64,000 nucleotides of DNA from an uncultured Gammaproteobacteria bacterium (GCA_964362195.1 CAYICZ010000001.1:3486-67485), one strand, 5' to 3'. Positions 28,772-38,685 are shown, numbered from the stretch's first letter. Notes: a model not told the origin generated them from the letters alone. Program-made: numbers and translations.

Positions 28772-29838
28772 ATTTCTTGCTTTACCAAAATAATTGTCTC
28801 CAAAGCTACCCTCTTGGCTGCATCAGGAATTATAATCTCTTTGGCCTTCCTGGCATTTTCTTTTAGTTTTTTAAGATTATCTAACATATTTTTTATATTT
28901 TCATATAGGGTTTTGGCGTTTAATTTTGACTGAGGTAAAATTTTTACCAAACCCAACTCTTCAAAAAATTTAGCATTTTTATTTTGTTCATCCTTATAAA
29001 GATAAGGTATTGGAATAACCAAAGCCGGTAAGCTCAAATAGGCAAGCTCACTTAGTGTATTTATCCCTGCTCTTGAAACTACCAAATCAGCTTGTTTAAG
29101 TCTTCGTCCCCAACCTTCTCCTATCCATTTTTTTACAATATACCTTTGATTTTGCAACTTTTCCAATCTTTCAAAATCACCAAATTTATTATCTCCTGTT
29201 ACATGAGTAATAGATGCTATCTTAGTTAATCTATCTAAAGATTTCTCAATTGCTAAATTAATAACATGTGATCCCTGATTACCTCCTGTCACTAAAATAT
29301 TCACACTTTTTCGGTGATACTGTTTTACGTTATTTATAATTTCTTTTCTAAGAGGGTTACCAGTCAAAATAGCTTTTGGGTTTTTGGTTGGAAAGGACAC
29401 GGCAATTTTATCTGCAAAAAGATTGGAGATTTTATTTGCCAGACCTAAAACTAAAGTCTGTTCATGAACTATAATTGGCACTGATAAAAACCAACCCATA
29501 ACAACTAAAGGAACTGCAATGTATCCTCCGAATGATAAAATCACATCTGGCTTTTGGGAAACAAGAATAAAAAAAGCCTGAATAAATCCTACTGGAATTT
29601 TTAAAAAAGAGATTATAGTATAAGGATCAAAATGTCTTCGCAATCTACCAGCTATGATAGGGATAAATTTTACTCCCATGGATGGTAAAACCTTTGATTC
29701 AACTGAAGATGAATTATCTCCTTCAAGCGTTGTTTTTCTTCCAACATAAATAATCTGGGCAAAGGGCTCCATTTTCAAAAGTTCCTCAATCACTGCAACA
29801 GCAGGAGTAAAATGTGCTCCTGTAATCAATATTTTCAT
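28768..29838 (-). CDS. murG: UDP-GlcNAc:undecaprenyl-PP-MurNAc-pentapeptide GlcNAc transferase MurG
   Basis: MKILITGAHFTPAVAV... (the G-rich N-loop) and TGGNQGSHVIN (the GT28 C-terminal motif). Confidence 0.85.
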   Translation of the reverse strand: MKILITGAHFTPAVAVIEELLKMEPFAQIIYVGRKTTLEGDNSSSVESKVLPSMGVKFIPIIAGRLRRHFDPYTIISFLKIPVGFIQAFFILVSQKPDVILSFGGYIAVPLVVMGWFLSVPIIVHEQTLVLGLANKISNLFADKIAVSFPTKNPKAILTGNPLRKEIINNVKQYHRKSVNILVTGGNQGSHVINLAIEKSLDRLTKIASITHVTGDNKFGDFERLEKLQNQRYIVKKWIGEGWGRRLKQADLVVSRAGINTLSELAYLSLPALVIPIPYLYKDEQNKNAKFFEELGLVKILPQSKLNAKTLYENIKNMLDNLKKLKENARKAKEIIIPDAAKRVALETIILVKQEI

Positions 29839-29854
29839 ACAGGTTTAATTATAC

Positions 29855-29874
29855 CTAAATCTAAGCTGATTGTC
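29855..29874. repeat. Direct repeat copy L (CCTAAATCTAAGCTGATTGT): a duplicated copy of the ftsW 3' terminus including its stop codon
   Basis: 19 of 20 nt identical to 30641-30660. On the minus strand it contains CAATCAGCTTAG, which encodes QSA-stop, the same as the ftsW C-terminus. Confidence 0.65.
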
Positions 29875-29928
29875 AGATAAATAAGGACCAGCCTTGCGAG
29901 GCCAAATCAATTAATCTATACTAAATTT

Positions 29929-30636
29929 ATGCCTGCCAGAAATAGAACAAAACAATATACAGAAAATGGTTATTACCACATCTACAACCGTGGTGTAGAA
30001 AAAAGATTGATATTTATAGACTTGCAGGATTATGCAGTTTTTCTTTCTTATCTTAACGATTATTTAACTCCAAAGAAAGAAAAAGAACTTCAAGATAAAT
30101 TTTCTGGCCCAAATACTTCTTATAAAGAAAAGGCTAGAATTTTAAAATTACTACGCCTAAAAAATTATTCTGACGAAATAACAGTGCTTGCATACTGTCT
30201 AATGCCTAATCACTTTCACTTCTTCCTAAAACAAAAAAACAAATATTCTATCAATCAATTCCTGCATTCAATATGTACAAGATACACTATGTATTTTAAT
30301 AGAAAACATAAAAGAATAGGTCCATTGTATCAGGACATCTATAAAGCAGTCTCAATTGATCATGAAGAACAATTCATTTACTTATCAAAATATATCCATA
30401 AACAGGCACTTTCTCACAAAAAATCTCCAAGCTCAAAAGAACCAGCCTTACGAGGCTACGAACAACAACCTTCCTCTTATCCTGAATACTTGGGAGAAAG
30501 AAAAACTGACTGGATCCATCCGGAAGATGTATTAAATTATTTTTCCAAAACGAATCCTAAACTTTCATATAAAGCATTTGTAGAGGAAATTGGCGATGAT
30601 TTTTCAATTATACAAAATGAGCTATTGGAGGATTAA
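29929..30636 (+). CDS. tnpA: IS200-like / REP-associated tyrosine transposase (Y1 HuH transposase, TnpA/RAYT-like) with a C-terminal extension
   Basis: YHIYNRGVEKRLIF (N-terminal motif), CLMPNHFHFFL (HuH motif) and GPLYQDIYKAV (catalytic Tyr region). At 235 aa it is longer than typical TnpA. Confidence 0.75.
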   Translation: MPARNRTKQYTENGYYHIYNRGVEKRLIFIDLQDYAVFLSYLNDYLTPKKEKELQDKFSGPNTSYKEKARILKLLRLKNYSDEITVLAYCLMPNHFHFFLKQKNKYSINQFLHSICTRYTMYFNRKHKRIGPLYQDIYKAVSIDHEEQFIYLSKYIHKQALSHKKSPSSKEPALRGYEQQPSSYPEYLGERKTDWIHPEDVLNYFSKTNPKLSYKAFVEEIGDDFSIIQNELLED

Positions 30637-30640
30637 GATT

Positions 30641-30660
30641 CCTAAAACTAAGCTGATTGT
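30641..30660. repeat. Direct repeat copy R (CCTAAAACTAAGCTGATTGT), overlapping the last codons and stop of ftsW
   Basis: Near-identical to copy L at 29855-29874. Confidence 0.65.
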
Positions 30661-31745
30661 TTGGAAATGTTAAGCAGGATTCCAACAGCGGCCAGATTGG
30701 CAACTAATGCTGAGCCACCATAGGAAATAAAGGGCAGAGGTACGCCTGTTAACGGAAGGAGTGCAGTCATAGCAGAGAGATTAATCACCACCTGAATCCC
30801 CAGCCAGCTAATTAATCCTAAGGCTAAAATTTTTCCAAAATTATCAGGACAATTTGTGGCAATTTTAAAACCCCGATGCATTAATATCCCAAAAAGAGTA
30901 ATTAAAAAAAGCCCTCCTAGCAAACCCAGCTCTTCTCCAATAATTCCAAATATAGAATCTGTGATAACCTCAGGAATATATTCAAATTTTTGTCTTGAAT
31001 GACCCAAACCTAATCCAAATAAACCTCCGGAACCTAAGGCGATCAGGACTTGGGATATATGGTAGGTAAATCCTTGCGGATCAGAAAAAGGATCTAAAAA
31101 AGCCGCAATTCTTTTGCTCCTATAACCTGAGGTAAATATCAATACCAATAATCCTCCAACCATAAATGGTATGGCTGCTAAAAAATGCCAAAGCGGACCA
31201 TAGCTGACAAAATATAAGACAGTTGATATAGCAACAAAAACAATAGCAGAACCCAAATCTTTTTGCAAAACAGCAGTAATAAAAGTAACTATTCCTACAA
31301 GGACAATAAAAGGCATAAGCCGTACTTTTTTCTCAAAAATACTCGCCAAAAAAATCACACTTGTTAGCTTGATAATCTCCGCAGGTTGCAATGTTAATGG
31401 TCCCAAGCGTAGCCACCTGTGAGCTCCCCCACCTGAAACTCCCAAACCAGGTATAAAAACAGCCAGCAATAGGATTAGGGAGAAACCTAACATCGGGAAA
31501 GCTAAACTTTTAAATTTTTTATAATCAAAGCTGGAAAAAAAAAACATGGAAAACAAACCAATTAAAACCCAGATTAATTGTTGCCTTATGTAATAAGTGC
31601 CATCCTTAAAATCTTTAAGCGCTTGAATAACAGAAGCGTCGTATACCATAATTAATCCGAAAATTACTAAAATGCCTACAACAATTAATAGAGGATAGTC
31701 AATATTTTTATTTTGTAACTTCAGACGATCTTTTGAAAACTCCAT
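30648..31745 (-). CDS. ftsW: Cell division SEDS protein FtsW
   Basis: Multi-TM SEDS protein sitting between mraY and murG. The start was chosen at MEFSKDRL to avoid overlap with mraY. Confidence 0.8.
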   Translation of the reverse strand: MEFSKDRLKLQNKNIDYPLLIVVGILVIFGLIMVYDASVIQALKDFKDGTYYIRQQLIWVLIGLFSMFFFSSFDYKKFKSLAFPMLGFSLILLLAVFIPGLGVSGGGAHRWLRLGPLTLQPAEIIKLTSVIFLASIFEKKVRLMPFIVLVGIVTFITAVLQKDLGSAIVFVAISTVLYFVSYGPLWHFLAAIPFMVGGLLVLIFTSGYRSKRIAAFLDPFSDPQGFTYHISQVLIALGSGGLFGLGLGHSRQKFEYIPEVITDSIFGIIGEELGLLGGLFLITLFGILMHRGFKIATNCPDNFGKILALGLISWLGIQVVINLSAMTALLPLTGVPLPFISYGGSALVANLAAVGILLNISKQSA

Positions 31746-31749
31746 AAAA

Positions 31750-32760
31750 TTATCTAGATAGTAGTGCAATCCAAAGGCCAAAGATTGCAAAAAGGCCCTG
31801 GGCCAACCAAAACCTGGCAACTATTTTTGGTTCTTCCCAACCAATATATTTAAAATACATATGGATAGGGGATACTGGAAATAATTTTTTCTTTATAATT
31901 TTTTTGGAAAGTATTTGCAACAGCGACGAACCAACTATTACAACAAACATACCGCCAATAATCGCCAGAGCTAAAATTTTTCCTGTTAAAAGTCCAACAA
32001 CTGCCAGAGTTGCACCAAAAGCAAACGCTCCGGCATCTCCCAAAAAAATCCTGGCAGGCCAAACATTAAAATAAAGGTAAGCAAAAAGCGCCCCAATCCA
32101 AATCCCAGCAAAAGAGGCTAAAGTTAAATCCAGAAACGTTGAAGTTAAAGCGAGAAAAGCAAATAAACAAATCAACAAAAGCCCTGCAGATAAACCATCT
32201 AATCCATCGGAAATATTATAGGCATTAGAAAAAGCAACTATGGTAAATGCTGCCAAAGGAATATACCAAATACCTATTATCAGATTTCCCAAGCCGGCAA
32301 TATACAAATTATTAAGCCCCCCTAAAAAATAAAGCATTGAAGCAATAGCCAGGGCAAAAATCGACTGAATTAATAGCATTCTTTTTCTGCCAAGTCCAAG
32401 AAATTTTCCTTTTCTTCTGGTAATAATCAGCTTAATATCATCAACCATTCCCAAAGATCCAAAAGAAATTAGGGTAATAAGTAAAATACTTAAGCTAATT
32501 TTATCTACATCAGGACTGAATAAAGAATATCCAATGCTAAGTAATATTAAAACCAAAATCAAAAGTATTCCTCCTCCAGATGGAGTATTCTCATCAGATT
32601 TCATAAGAGCATCATGAATTGGAGTATCTGATTGTTTTAAATCACTTTTATTTTGTTTCCCAAAGCGGCGCTTTAAATAGAAAAGGAAGTCAATAAAAGG
32701 CACCATAAAAATGCCGGTAATTACAAACGATAATATAACCAAACCTAAAAGACTTGTCAT
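31750..32760 (-). CDS. mraY: Phospho-N-acetylmuramoyl-pentapeptide transferase MraY
   Basis: 336 aa, 10 TM helices, motifs NAYNISDGLDGL and DDxxD-like VDDIKL. Confidence 0.9.
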   Translation of the reverse strand: MTSLLGLVILSFVITGIFMVPFIDFLFYLKRRFGKQNKSDLKQSDTPIHDALMKSDENTPSGGGILLILVLILLSIGYSLFSPDVDKISLSILLITLISFGSLGMVDDIKLIITRRKGKFLGLGRKRMLLIQSIFALAIASMLYFLGGLNNLYIAGLGNLIIGIWYIPLAAFTIVAFSNAYNISDGLDGLSAGLLLICLFAFLALTSTFLDLTLASFAGIWIGALFAYLYFNVWPARIFLGDAGAFAFGATLAVVGLLTGKILALAIIGGMFVVIVGSSLLQILSKKIIKKKLFPVSPIHMYFKYIGWEEPKIVARFWLAQGLFAIFGLWIALLSR

Positions 32761-33953
32761 TTTTTTGCAATTCTTTTTACTACTTCATCCAGTCTAACTG
32801 CACGGGATGCTTTTATCAAACAAACATCCCCTTTTCCCAGGCCTCTAAGCAATCTGCTGACAATCTGAGAATTTGCTAAATTAATTTCAAGTCTTTCTTC
32901 TAAAAAACCCAAGTCTTTTAGCTCTTCTGCTATAAACTTTGTATCTCCTTGACCCAGTAATACTAAATCCAGCTTTTCCTTATAAATTTTCTGGGCGATT
33001 TCTCTATGTAACATCTCCGAATACTTACCTAATTCCTTCATTTCACCCAGGACCAAAATTTTCCGCCTCGATGGAATTTGAAGGAGAGTATCAATGGCTG
33101 CATCCACCGCTGCTGGTGACGAGTTATAAGTATCATCTAAAATTACAGATCCATTCGGTCCGGCAACAGGCTGCATTCTATGCTCAGCGGGTTGAATAGA
33201 CTCTAAAGCCAATTTTATTTTAGTTAAAGGAATATCTACACTAACTCCTAAGGTTGCTGCCGCTAATGCAGAGTATACCTGGTGAGATCCTAAAAGTTGA
33301 AAATTTATCTTTACTCTTTCAACTCCTAAATTTAACTCAAAAGAGGTTTTAAAATTTTCTATTTTAATATTTCCTGCCCAAACAGTACAATTTTTGTTGT
33401 CAGTTCCAAAATATAAAATATTGGCCTTACATATTGCAGCTAGTTTTTTGCTGTTTGGATCATCAAAATTAAGAATTGCTACCCCGGAGTTTGGCAAGCT
33501 CTCAATTAGTTTACCTTTTTCTTCAGTTATTTCATCTAAATCGCCTAAATATTCATTATGAGCATAGGCTATTTTTGTAATAATGGCTGTCATTGGTTTA
33601 ATTAAAGATAAATAAAAATCCATCTCACCTTTGTACTCCACGCCCATTTCTAAAATTACTTTTTTGATAGTTGGATTAATTGCCAGTAAGGTTGAAGGAA
33701 TATTGAGAATAGGATCAAGATTAGACTTTGTAGCAATAGTTTTAAATTTTTGAGACAATACTGCCAAACAAGCCTGAGTGCAAGTAGTTTTACCTACAGA
33801 TCCGGTAATTCCAACAAACATATCTTTTGGATACATTTTTGCATACTGTTTAGCTAAATAAATTCGCAGTAAGTGTATCGGTTTTTTGTAGATCGGAATA
33901 CTTGTCCTGTAAGGTGTGATCTGAGACCAAATGGGATGAGTCTTAATATCCAT
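32757..33953 (-). CDS. murF: Mur ligase, MurF-like (UDP-MurNAc-tripeptide--D-Ala-D-Ala ligase); N-terminal domain reduced
   Basis: P-loop GITGSVGKTTCT, EMGVEYKGEMDF, and a C-terminal Mur ligase domain. Its position immediately upstream of mraY matches murF. Confidence 0.7.
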   Translation of the reverse strand: MDIKTHPIWSQITPYRTSIPIYKKPIHLLRIYLAKQYAKMYPKDMFVGITGSVGKTTCTQACLAVLSQKFKTIATKSNLDPILNIPSTLLAINPTIKKVILEMGVEYKGEMDFYLSLIKPMTAIITKIAYAHNEYLGDLDEITEEKGKLIESLPNSGVAILNFDDPNSKKLAAICKANILYFGTDNKNCTVWAGNIKIENFKTSFELNLGVERVKINFQLLGSHQVYSALAAATLGVSVDIPLTKIKLALESIQPAEHRMQPVAGPNGSVILDDTYNSSPAAVDAAIDTLLQIPSRRKILVLGEMKELGKYSEMLHREIAQKIYKEKLDLVLLGQGDTKFIAEELKDLGFLEERLEINLANSQIVSRLLRGLGKGDVCLIKASRAVRLDEVVKRIAKK

Positions 33954-33955
33954 AA

Positions 33956-35215
33956 CTAATCTGTAATTCTTTCAATATCAGCACCTAAACTTTTCAATTT
34001 TAGAACAACATCAGCGTATCCTCTTTCAATTAATTCGGATTGATTAATTACACTTTTACCCCGGGCTGCAAGTGCAGCCAAAACCAAAGCCATTCCAGCT
34101 CTAATATCCGGAGTTTCCAATATTCTTGCCTTTAGTTTTGTTGGACCATAAACAATGCTTCTGTGTGGATCTGCTAAGGTTATATTGGCACCCATTGAAA
34201 TTAACTTATCTACAAAAAACATCCTGGATTCATACATCCAGTCGTGACAGAGAATTACTCCCCTAGATTGAGTTGCCAGTACTATTGCCACACTCATTAA
34301 ATCTGTAGGAAATCCCGGCCAGATATTAGTTGTTAGTCTTTGAGGTGACTTTAACTTCTCAGATGAAAATACAATACTGTCATCTGTTTTTTTAATCCTA
34401 ATTCCAAATTCTATCAAGGGTGAAAGCACCGGATCCAGATCAGTATCATCTATTCCTTCAATTTCTATCCTACCACCTGTTATAGCAGCTGCCACGCCGT
34501 AAGTACCAACTTCAATATAGTCTATCCCAATCCTAAATTTGGTTCCAAAAAGTCTTTCTACCCCTGTTATTTTTATGGTTGAAGTCCTTACTCCTTCAAT
34601 TTTTGCTCCCATAGATATAAGCATTTTGCATAAATCAACTACATGAGGCTCTATTGCACAATTTCTTAAGATAACAGTTTTCCTACTTAAAACTGATGCC
34701 AATATTAAATTTTCGCTAGCTGTTACAGATGCTTCCTGTAAAAAAATATCAAAATTCCCTCCCTCATCCTTTCTTAAATCCAGTGAATACTTTAAATTAT
34801 CTTTTTTTACACTGGCACCTAAAGATTTAAAGCCCGTAAGGTGGGTTTCTATGCTTCTTCTTCCAATTATATCTCCACCCGGATGATAAAAAACCACCTT
34901 CCCAACCCTTGACAATACACTTCCCACAAGTACAATCGACCCCCGAAGTTTAGTCATTAACTCCTCAGACAAAGTAAAATGACGAATATTTTGTGCTTTT
35001 ATAGTTAAGATAGAGCCGGATTTTTCAGCAGAGACGCCTAATTTTTTAAGGATTTTAAGTAAAACTTCTGTATCTTTTAAATCAGAAATATTTTCTAAAA
35101 TAACTTCCTCCTGAGTCAGAAGTGCAGCTGCCACACAAGGGAAAACCGAGTTTTTGTTACCCGATACTTTAATCTTACCCTTTAAGATTTTTCCACCTGT
35201 TATTTGATATTTCAT
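33956..35215 (-). CDS. murA: UDP-N-acetylglucosamine 1-carboxyvinyltransferase MurA
   Basis: MKYQITGGKILKGKIKVSGNKNSVFPCVAAALL... is an EPT-fold N-terminus. Full length at 419 aa. Confidence 0.9.
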   Translation of the reverse strand: MKYQITGGKILKGKIKVSGNKNSVFPCVAAALLTQEEVILENISDLKDTEVLLKILKKLGVSAEKSGSILTIKAQNIRHFTLSEELMTKLRGSIVLVGSVLSRVGKVVFYHPGGDIIGRRSIETHLTGFKSLGASVKKDNLKYSLDLRKDEGGNFDIFLQEASVTASENLILASVLSRKTVILRNCAIEPHVVDLCKMLISMGAKIEGVRTSTIKITGVERLFGTKFRIGIDYIEVGTYGVAAAITGGRIEIEGIDDTDLDPVLSPLIEFGIRIKKTDDSIVFSSEKLKSPQRLTTNIWPGFPTDLMSVAIVLATQSRGVILCHDWMYESRMFFVDKLISMGANITLADPHRSIVYGPTKLKARILETPDIRAGMALVLAALAARGKSVINQSELIERGYADVVLKLKSLGADIERITD

Positions 35216-35219
35216 TTTT

Positions 35220-35804
35220 TTAATTTCTTGCTTTCACTTTAAATACTGCTGATAAAATTATATGCTTTTTTAAAGATAAACTATCAGCTGAAATTTCATC
35301 AATTTCCAAGCTAGAATCTATTACTTTAATACTTTTGGCGAGATTTTGCAAAAACCTGGACAAAAATAAATTACCACCAATTGTGCCGGGTAATCCCAAA
35401 AATCCCTCGTTTAATAAATTCTGTGATTCTAGAAACTGCGCAAACTTACTTATACTGACTCCTGAATCAACCTCAATTAAAGCTTCTTCCACACCTATTC
35501 CAAATTTTGTTACTTTACCCTTCAGCGAAATTGTTTTTATATTTTTTGTGCGGTTTTTAATTACTAAACCATCAAAACCAACATCTGAGATCATAATTTT
35601 ACTTCCTGAGCCAAATAAAAAATATGCTAATTTTAGCTCTCTGCACATAGTAATAATCTTTATCAAGTCTGAAGAAGTAAATGCGATAAAAAATAATTTC
35701 GCCGGGCCGCCTAAATTTAAGGCCGTATAATTTTTAAGCGGTTCATTAAACTTAAAACGGTCAGTTCCAAAAGAATCTATTATTAGCTTAAATTTATTAT
35801 CCAT
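35220..35804 (-). CDS. murB: MurB-like UDP-N-acetylenolpyruvoylglucosamine reductase, only about 194 aa (truncated or divergent)
   Basis: NLGGPAKLF and GLPGTIGGNLF resemble MurB FAD-binding motifs (GGxA ... GiPGtvGG), but the protein is about 100 aa shorter than canonical MurB. Confidence 0.45.
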   Translation of the reverse strand: MDNKFKLIIDSFGTDRFKFNEPLKNYTALNLGGPAKLFFIAFTSSDLIKIITMCRELKLAYFLFGSGSKIMISDVGFDGLVIKNRTKNIKTISLKGKVTKFGIGVEEALIEVDSGVSISKFAQFLESQNLLNEGFLGLPGTIGGNLFLSRFLQNLAKSIKVIDSSLEIDEISADSLSLKKHIILSAVFKVKARN

Positions 35805-36969
35805 TCAGTGCTTTATCTACAGCTTCAAAATCTGACCAAGGAATTTCCTCTTTACCATTATAATTCATTGCATTTTCATGACCTTTACCAAAAATCCCCA
35901 CAGTATCTCCTCTTCTGGCTAAAATATTTATGGCAAAATCAATAGCTTTTTGTCTATCATTTATTACAAAAAAATTTATATTATTTCTTGCCCCTGCTCT
36001 TTGTGCTCCTTCTGATATTTGTTTGTTAATAATATCCAGCTGTCCTCTTGGGTCAACTGATGTCACAATAACAATATTGGATATTCTTTGGGTTACTTCT
36101 CCCATTAAGCTTCGCTTGCCCACATCTCTAAAACCTTCAGCCCCGATTAAGGAAATTAGTCTATTTTGGGTTTGTTGTTTTAGTGTTGCCAAAACCTGCT
36201 CTAAACCATTAGGGGTATGCGCAAAATCAATTACAATTTTAATGCCTTTTCTATTTTTTATAAATTCCATTCTGCCCTTAATTCCTTCAAAATTTTCCAG
36301 ACTTTCAATGGCAATTTTTTTATCTATGTTTAAAGCAAATGCTACAGATAAAGCCGCAAGAGCATTTTCCAGATTATAATCTCCCGAGATTTTTAGTTTT
36401 AATTTCAAATCTTTTTGAGAGAAATCACCTTTATCTAAACCAAAAGTAATTAATTTACCTGATGTTTTCACTTTATCTTTAAGGTTTTGATTAATAACTG
36501 TAAATGTTACATTTTTAATTAATTTAAACTTTGCCAGAGAATAATTTTCAAAAGTTTTATGATAATCCAAATGCTCGTGAGTTATATTAGTAATAACTCC
36601 AATGTCAAAGTTTATTCCCCAGAATCTATATTGATCCAAAGCATGTGAAGTAACCTCCAAAACTAAATATTCATCTCCTTTTTTGACAGATTCTTTGGCT
36701 ATTTTTTGTATAGTAAATGGATCTGGAGAGGTTACGTGAAGTCCCGGGGAATTTATCGTTGAAACCATAGACACTTTTTTACCGGCATCTTTTAAAATTT
36801 GATAAACCATATTGGTAGTTGTAGTTTTCCCATCAGTGCCGGTTACCCCGATAACTGTTAATCCCCTGGCAGGGAAGCCATAAAAAATATTGGCCAAAAC
36901 TGCTTTGGGTAAATGATAAAAATTATTAATATTTTTTTGAGAAATAATTTTTTTAATTAATTGTTTCAT
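35797..36969 (-). CDS. murE: Mur ligase, MurE-like (UDP-MurNAc-L-Ala-D-Glu--diamino acid ligase), lacking the N-terminal domain
   Basis: VIGVTGTDGKTTTT P-loop, EVTSHALDQ, and GVITNITHEHLDYHKTFENY (a MurE-type motif). 390 aa. Confidence 0.65.
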   Translation of the reverse strand: MKQLIKKIISQKNINNFYHLPKAVLANIFYGFPARGLTVIGVTGTDGKTTTTNMVYQILKDAGKKVSMVSTINSPGLHVTSPDPFTIQKIAKESVKKGDEYLVLEVTSHALDQYRFWGINFDIGVITNITHEHLDYHKTFENYSLAKFKLIKNVTFTVINQNLKDKVKTSGKLITFGLDKGDFSQKDLKLKLKISGDYNLENALAALSVAFALNIDKKIAIESLENFEGIKGRMEFIKNRKGIKIVIDFAHTPNGLEQVLATLKQQTQNRLISLIGAEGFRDVGKRSLMGEVTQRISNIVIVTSVDPRGQLDIINKQISEGAQRAGARNNINFFVINDRQKAIDFAINILARRGDTVGIFGKGHENAMNYNGKEEIPWSDFEAVDKALNG

Positions 36970-36987
36970 CTGGATCAGATTATATCA

Positions 36988-38685
36988 TTACTCACTTGGA
37001 GCAATTTTGTAATATGAAAAAAGCTCTTTGGCAATTTCAAAAAAAGTGGGGGCAGCGGTTTCAGCTCCAAATATAGAAGCAGTAGGTTGATCGTATCGGA
37101 CAAGCATGACAAATTTTGGATCATCAACTGGTGCAAATCCCACAAATGAAGCAATTGTCTTAGTTGGATCATAATGCCCGGCAACCGGAATTTGAGCTGT
37201 ACCTGTTTTACCGGCTATTTTAAATCCCTTTATCCTAAAAAACTTTGCTTCACCTTCTTCCACTGCTGCAACCATCATCTCTTTCATAGTATCGCCAGCT
37301 GACTTATTTAAAACTTGTCTGATAATTTTTGGTTTTACCTCATATAAACCTCGTTCATCTTTTATTGCTTTTACGATATGTGGTTCCATTAAAAAACCTC
37401 CATTAGCAATTACTGATACAGCACTGACCATCTGTATCGGGGTCACTGCAATACCCTGTCCAAATGAGGCTGTTGCCAAATCTATTTCTCTCCAGTTGCT
37501 TTTAGGACGGATCTCAGGAGAGGATTCATCCTGCAGGTCAATATTTGTTGAATTTCCAAATCCAAAGTTTTGCAGATATGAATAAAACTTATCCAGGCCT
37601 AGTTTCTGTCCCACAAAAACCATTCCTGTATTATCTGAATGAATAATCACATCAGCCATTGTCAAATTAGGGCGATATTTATTATCCCAGGTTCTAATAT
37701 CAAATCCACCAATAGAAACCGGACCTGAACATATATCACATTTTGTATCTGGTTTAACTAAATCTTCATTTAAAGCTGCAGCCATAACCAAAACTTTAAA
37801 GGTCGATCCGGGTTCATACTGATCAGCCACTATTGAATTTTTGTAGTATTCCTTCGGAAAATTATAGTATTTTAAAGGATCATAATTTGGAAAGGATGCC
37901 AGCGCTAAAATAGCACCGGTTTTAGGATCCATTACCACTGCAGATGCTGCCTTGGCACCGTATTTTTCAATTCCAGTCTTTAAAGCATCCTCTACAATAA
38001 ATTGGACTGATCTATCAATATTTAAACTTAAATCCTTACCGTTTTTTGCATTAGTATTTAAAAAGTTTCCTATTAGAATAGGCAGGCCCAGCGCATCTTT
38101 TTCACTGCGAATGAAACCGGACACGCCTTTTAGTTCTCCATCATAGAGACCTTCTAATCCAAAATAGCCGCGAGTACCGCCTTTAGCATCTGAACCTACA
38201 AATCCCAGAAGATGAGCGGAAGAGGATCCCTCCGGATAAAAACGGCTGTTAGTTTGATCAAAACCAATTCCTGAAAGATTTAAATTATCTATCTCTTTTC
38301 TTTTTTCAAATGTAATATTTTTTTTCAAAGAAACCCAATAAAGATCCTGCGTGAGCTTATTTATGAAATCTTTAGCCAAATCATCTATTTTTTCATTATC
38401 CTCTGCCAGAACTTTTGCCAGTATATATGAAACAGTCATAATTTGATCTTTGGTTAATGTTTTGGGTAAACCAAAAAGCGAAAAAGTTGGGTTAGAGGAG
38501 GCAAGGATTGAATAATCTGAAAAATAAATATTCCCTCTTAGCGCTTCAACTTGACTCTCTGTAAAATGTTGATCCTCTGCAAGGGATTGCAGGAAAGGAG
38601 CTTTTATTATTTGCCAATAAATGAGGCGGATTAAAATTGCCACAAAAAATAACAGGAAGAAAATTTTAATCCAGAGTATTCGCAT
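36988..38685 (-). CDS. ftsI: Penicillin-binding protein transpeptidase FtsI (PBP2/3 class B)
   Basis: N-terminal TM helix and a dimerisation domain, then catalytic motifs STFK (EPGSTFKVLV), SDN (HSDNTG) and KTGT (AGKTGTAQ). Confidence 0.85.
   Translation of the reverse strand: MRILWIKIFFLLFFVAILIRLIYWQIIKAPFLQSLAEDQHFTESQVEALRGNIYFSDYSILASSNPTFSLFGLPKTLTKDQIMTVSYILAKVLAEDNEKIDDLAKDFINKLTQDLYWVSLKKNITFEKRKEIDNLNLSGIGFDQTNSRFYPEGSSSAHLLGFVGSDAKGGTRGYFGLEGLYDGELKGVSGFIRSEKDALGLPILIGNFLNTNAKNGKDLSLNIDRSVQFIVEDALKTGIEKYGAKAASAVVMDPKTGAILALASFPNYDPLKYYNFPKEYYKNSIVADQYEPGSTFKVLVMAAALNEDLVKPDTKCDICSGPVSIGGFDIRTWDNKYRPNLTMADVIIHSDNTGMVFVGQKLGLDKFYSYLQNFGFGNSTNIDLQDESSPEIRPKSNWREIDLATASFGQGIAVTPIQMVSAVSVIANGGFLMEPHIVKAIKDERGLYEVKPKIIRQVLNKSAGDTMKEMMVAAVEEGEAKFFRIKGFKIAGKTGTAQIPVAGHYDPTKTIASFVGFAPVDDPKFVMLVRYDQPTASIFGAETAAPTFFEIAKELFSYYKIAPSE

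Larger units (their letters stand above)
29875..30660 (+). mobile_element. IS200/IS605-like insertion carrying a single Y1 (HuH) transposase gene
   Basis: A TnpA-like ORF on the opposite strand to all neighbours, inserted between ftsW and murG and bracketed by 20-bp direct repeats. Confidence 0.6.

Noticed and set aside
36975-37184. 69-aa ORF overlapping the ftsI start region.
   Set aside because: Same strand but a different frame, nested within the ftsI 3' region boundary. It has no motif and is most likely spurious.
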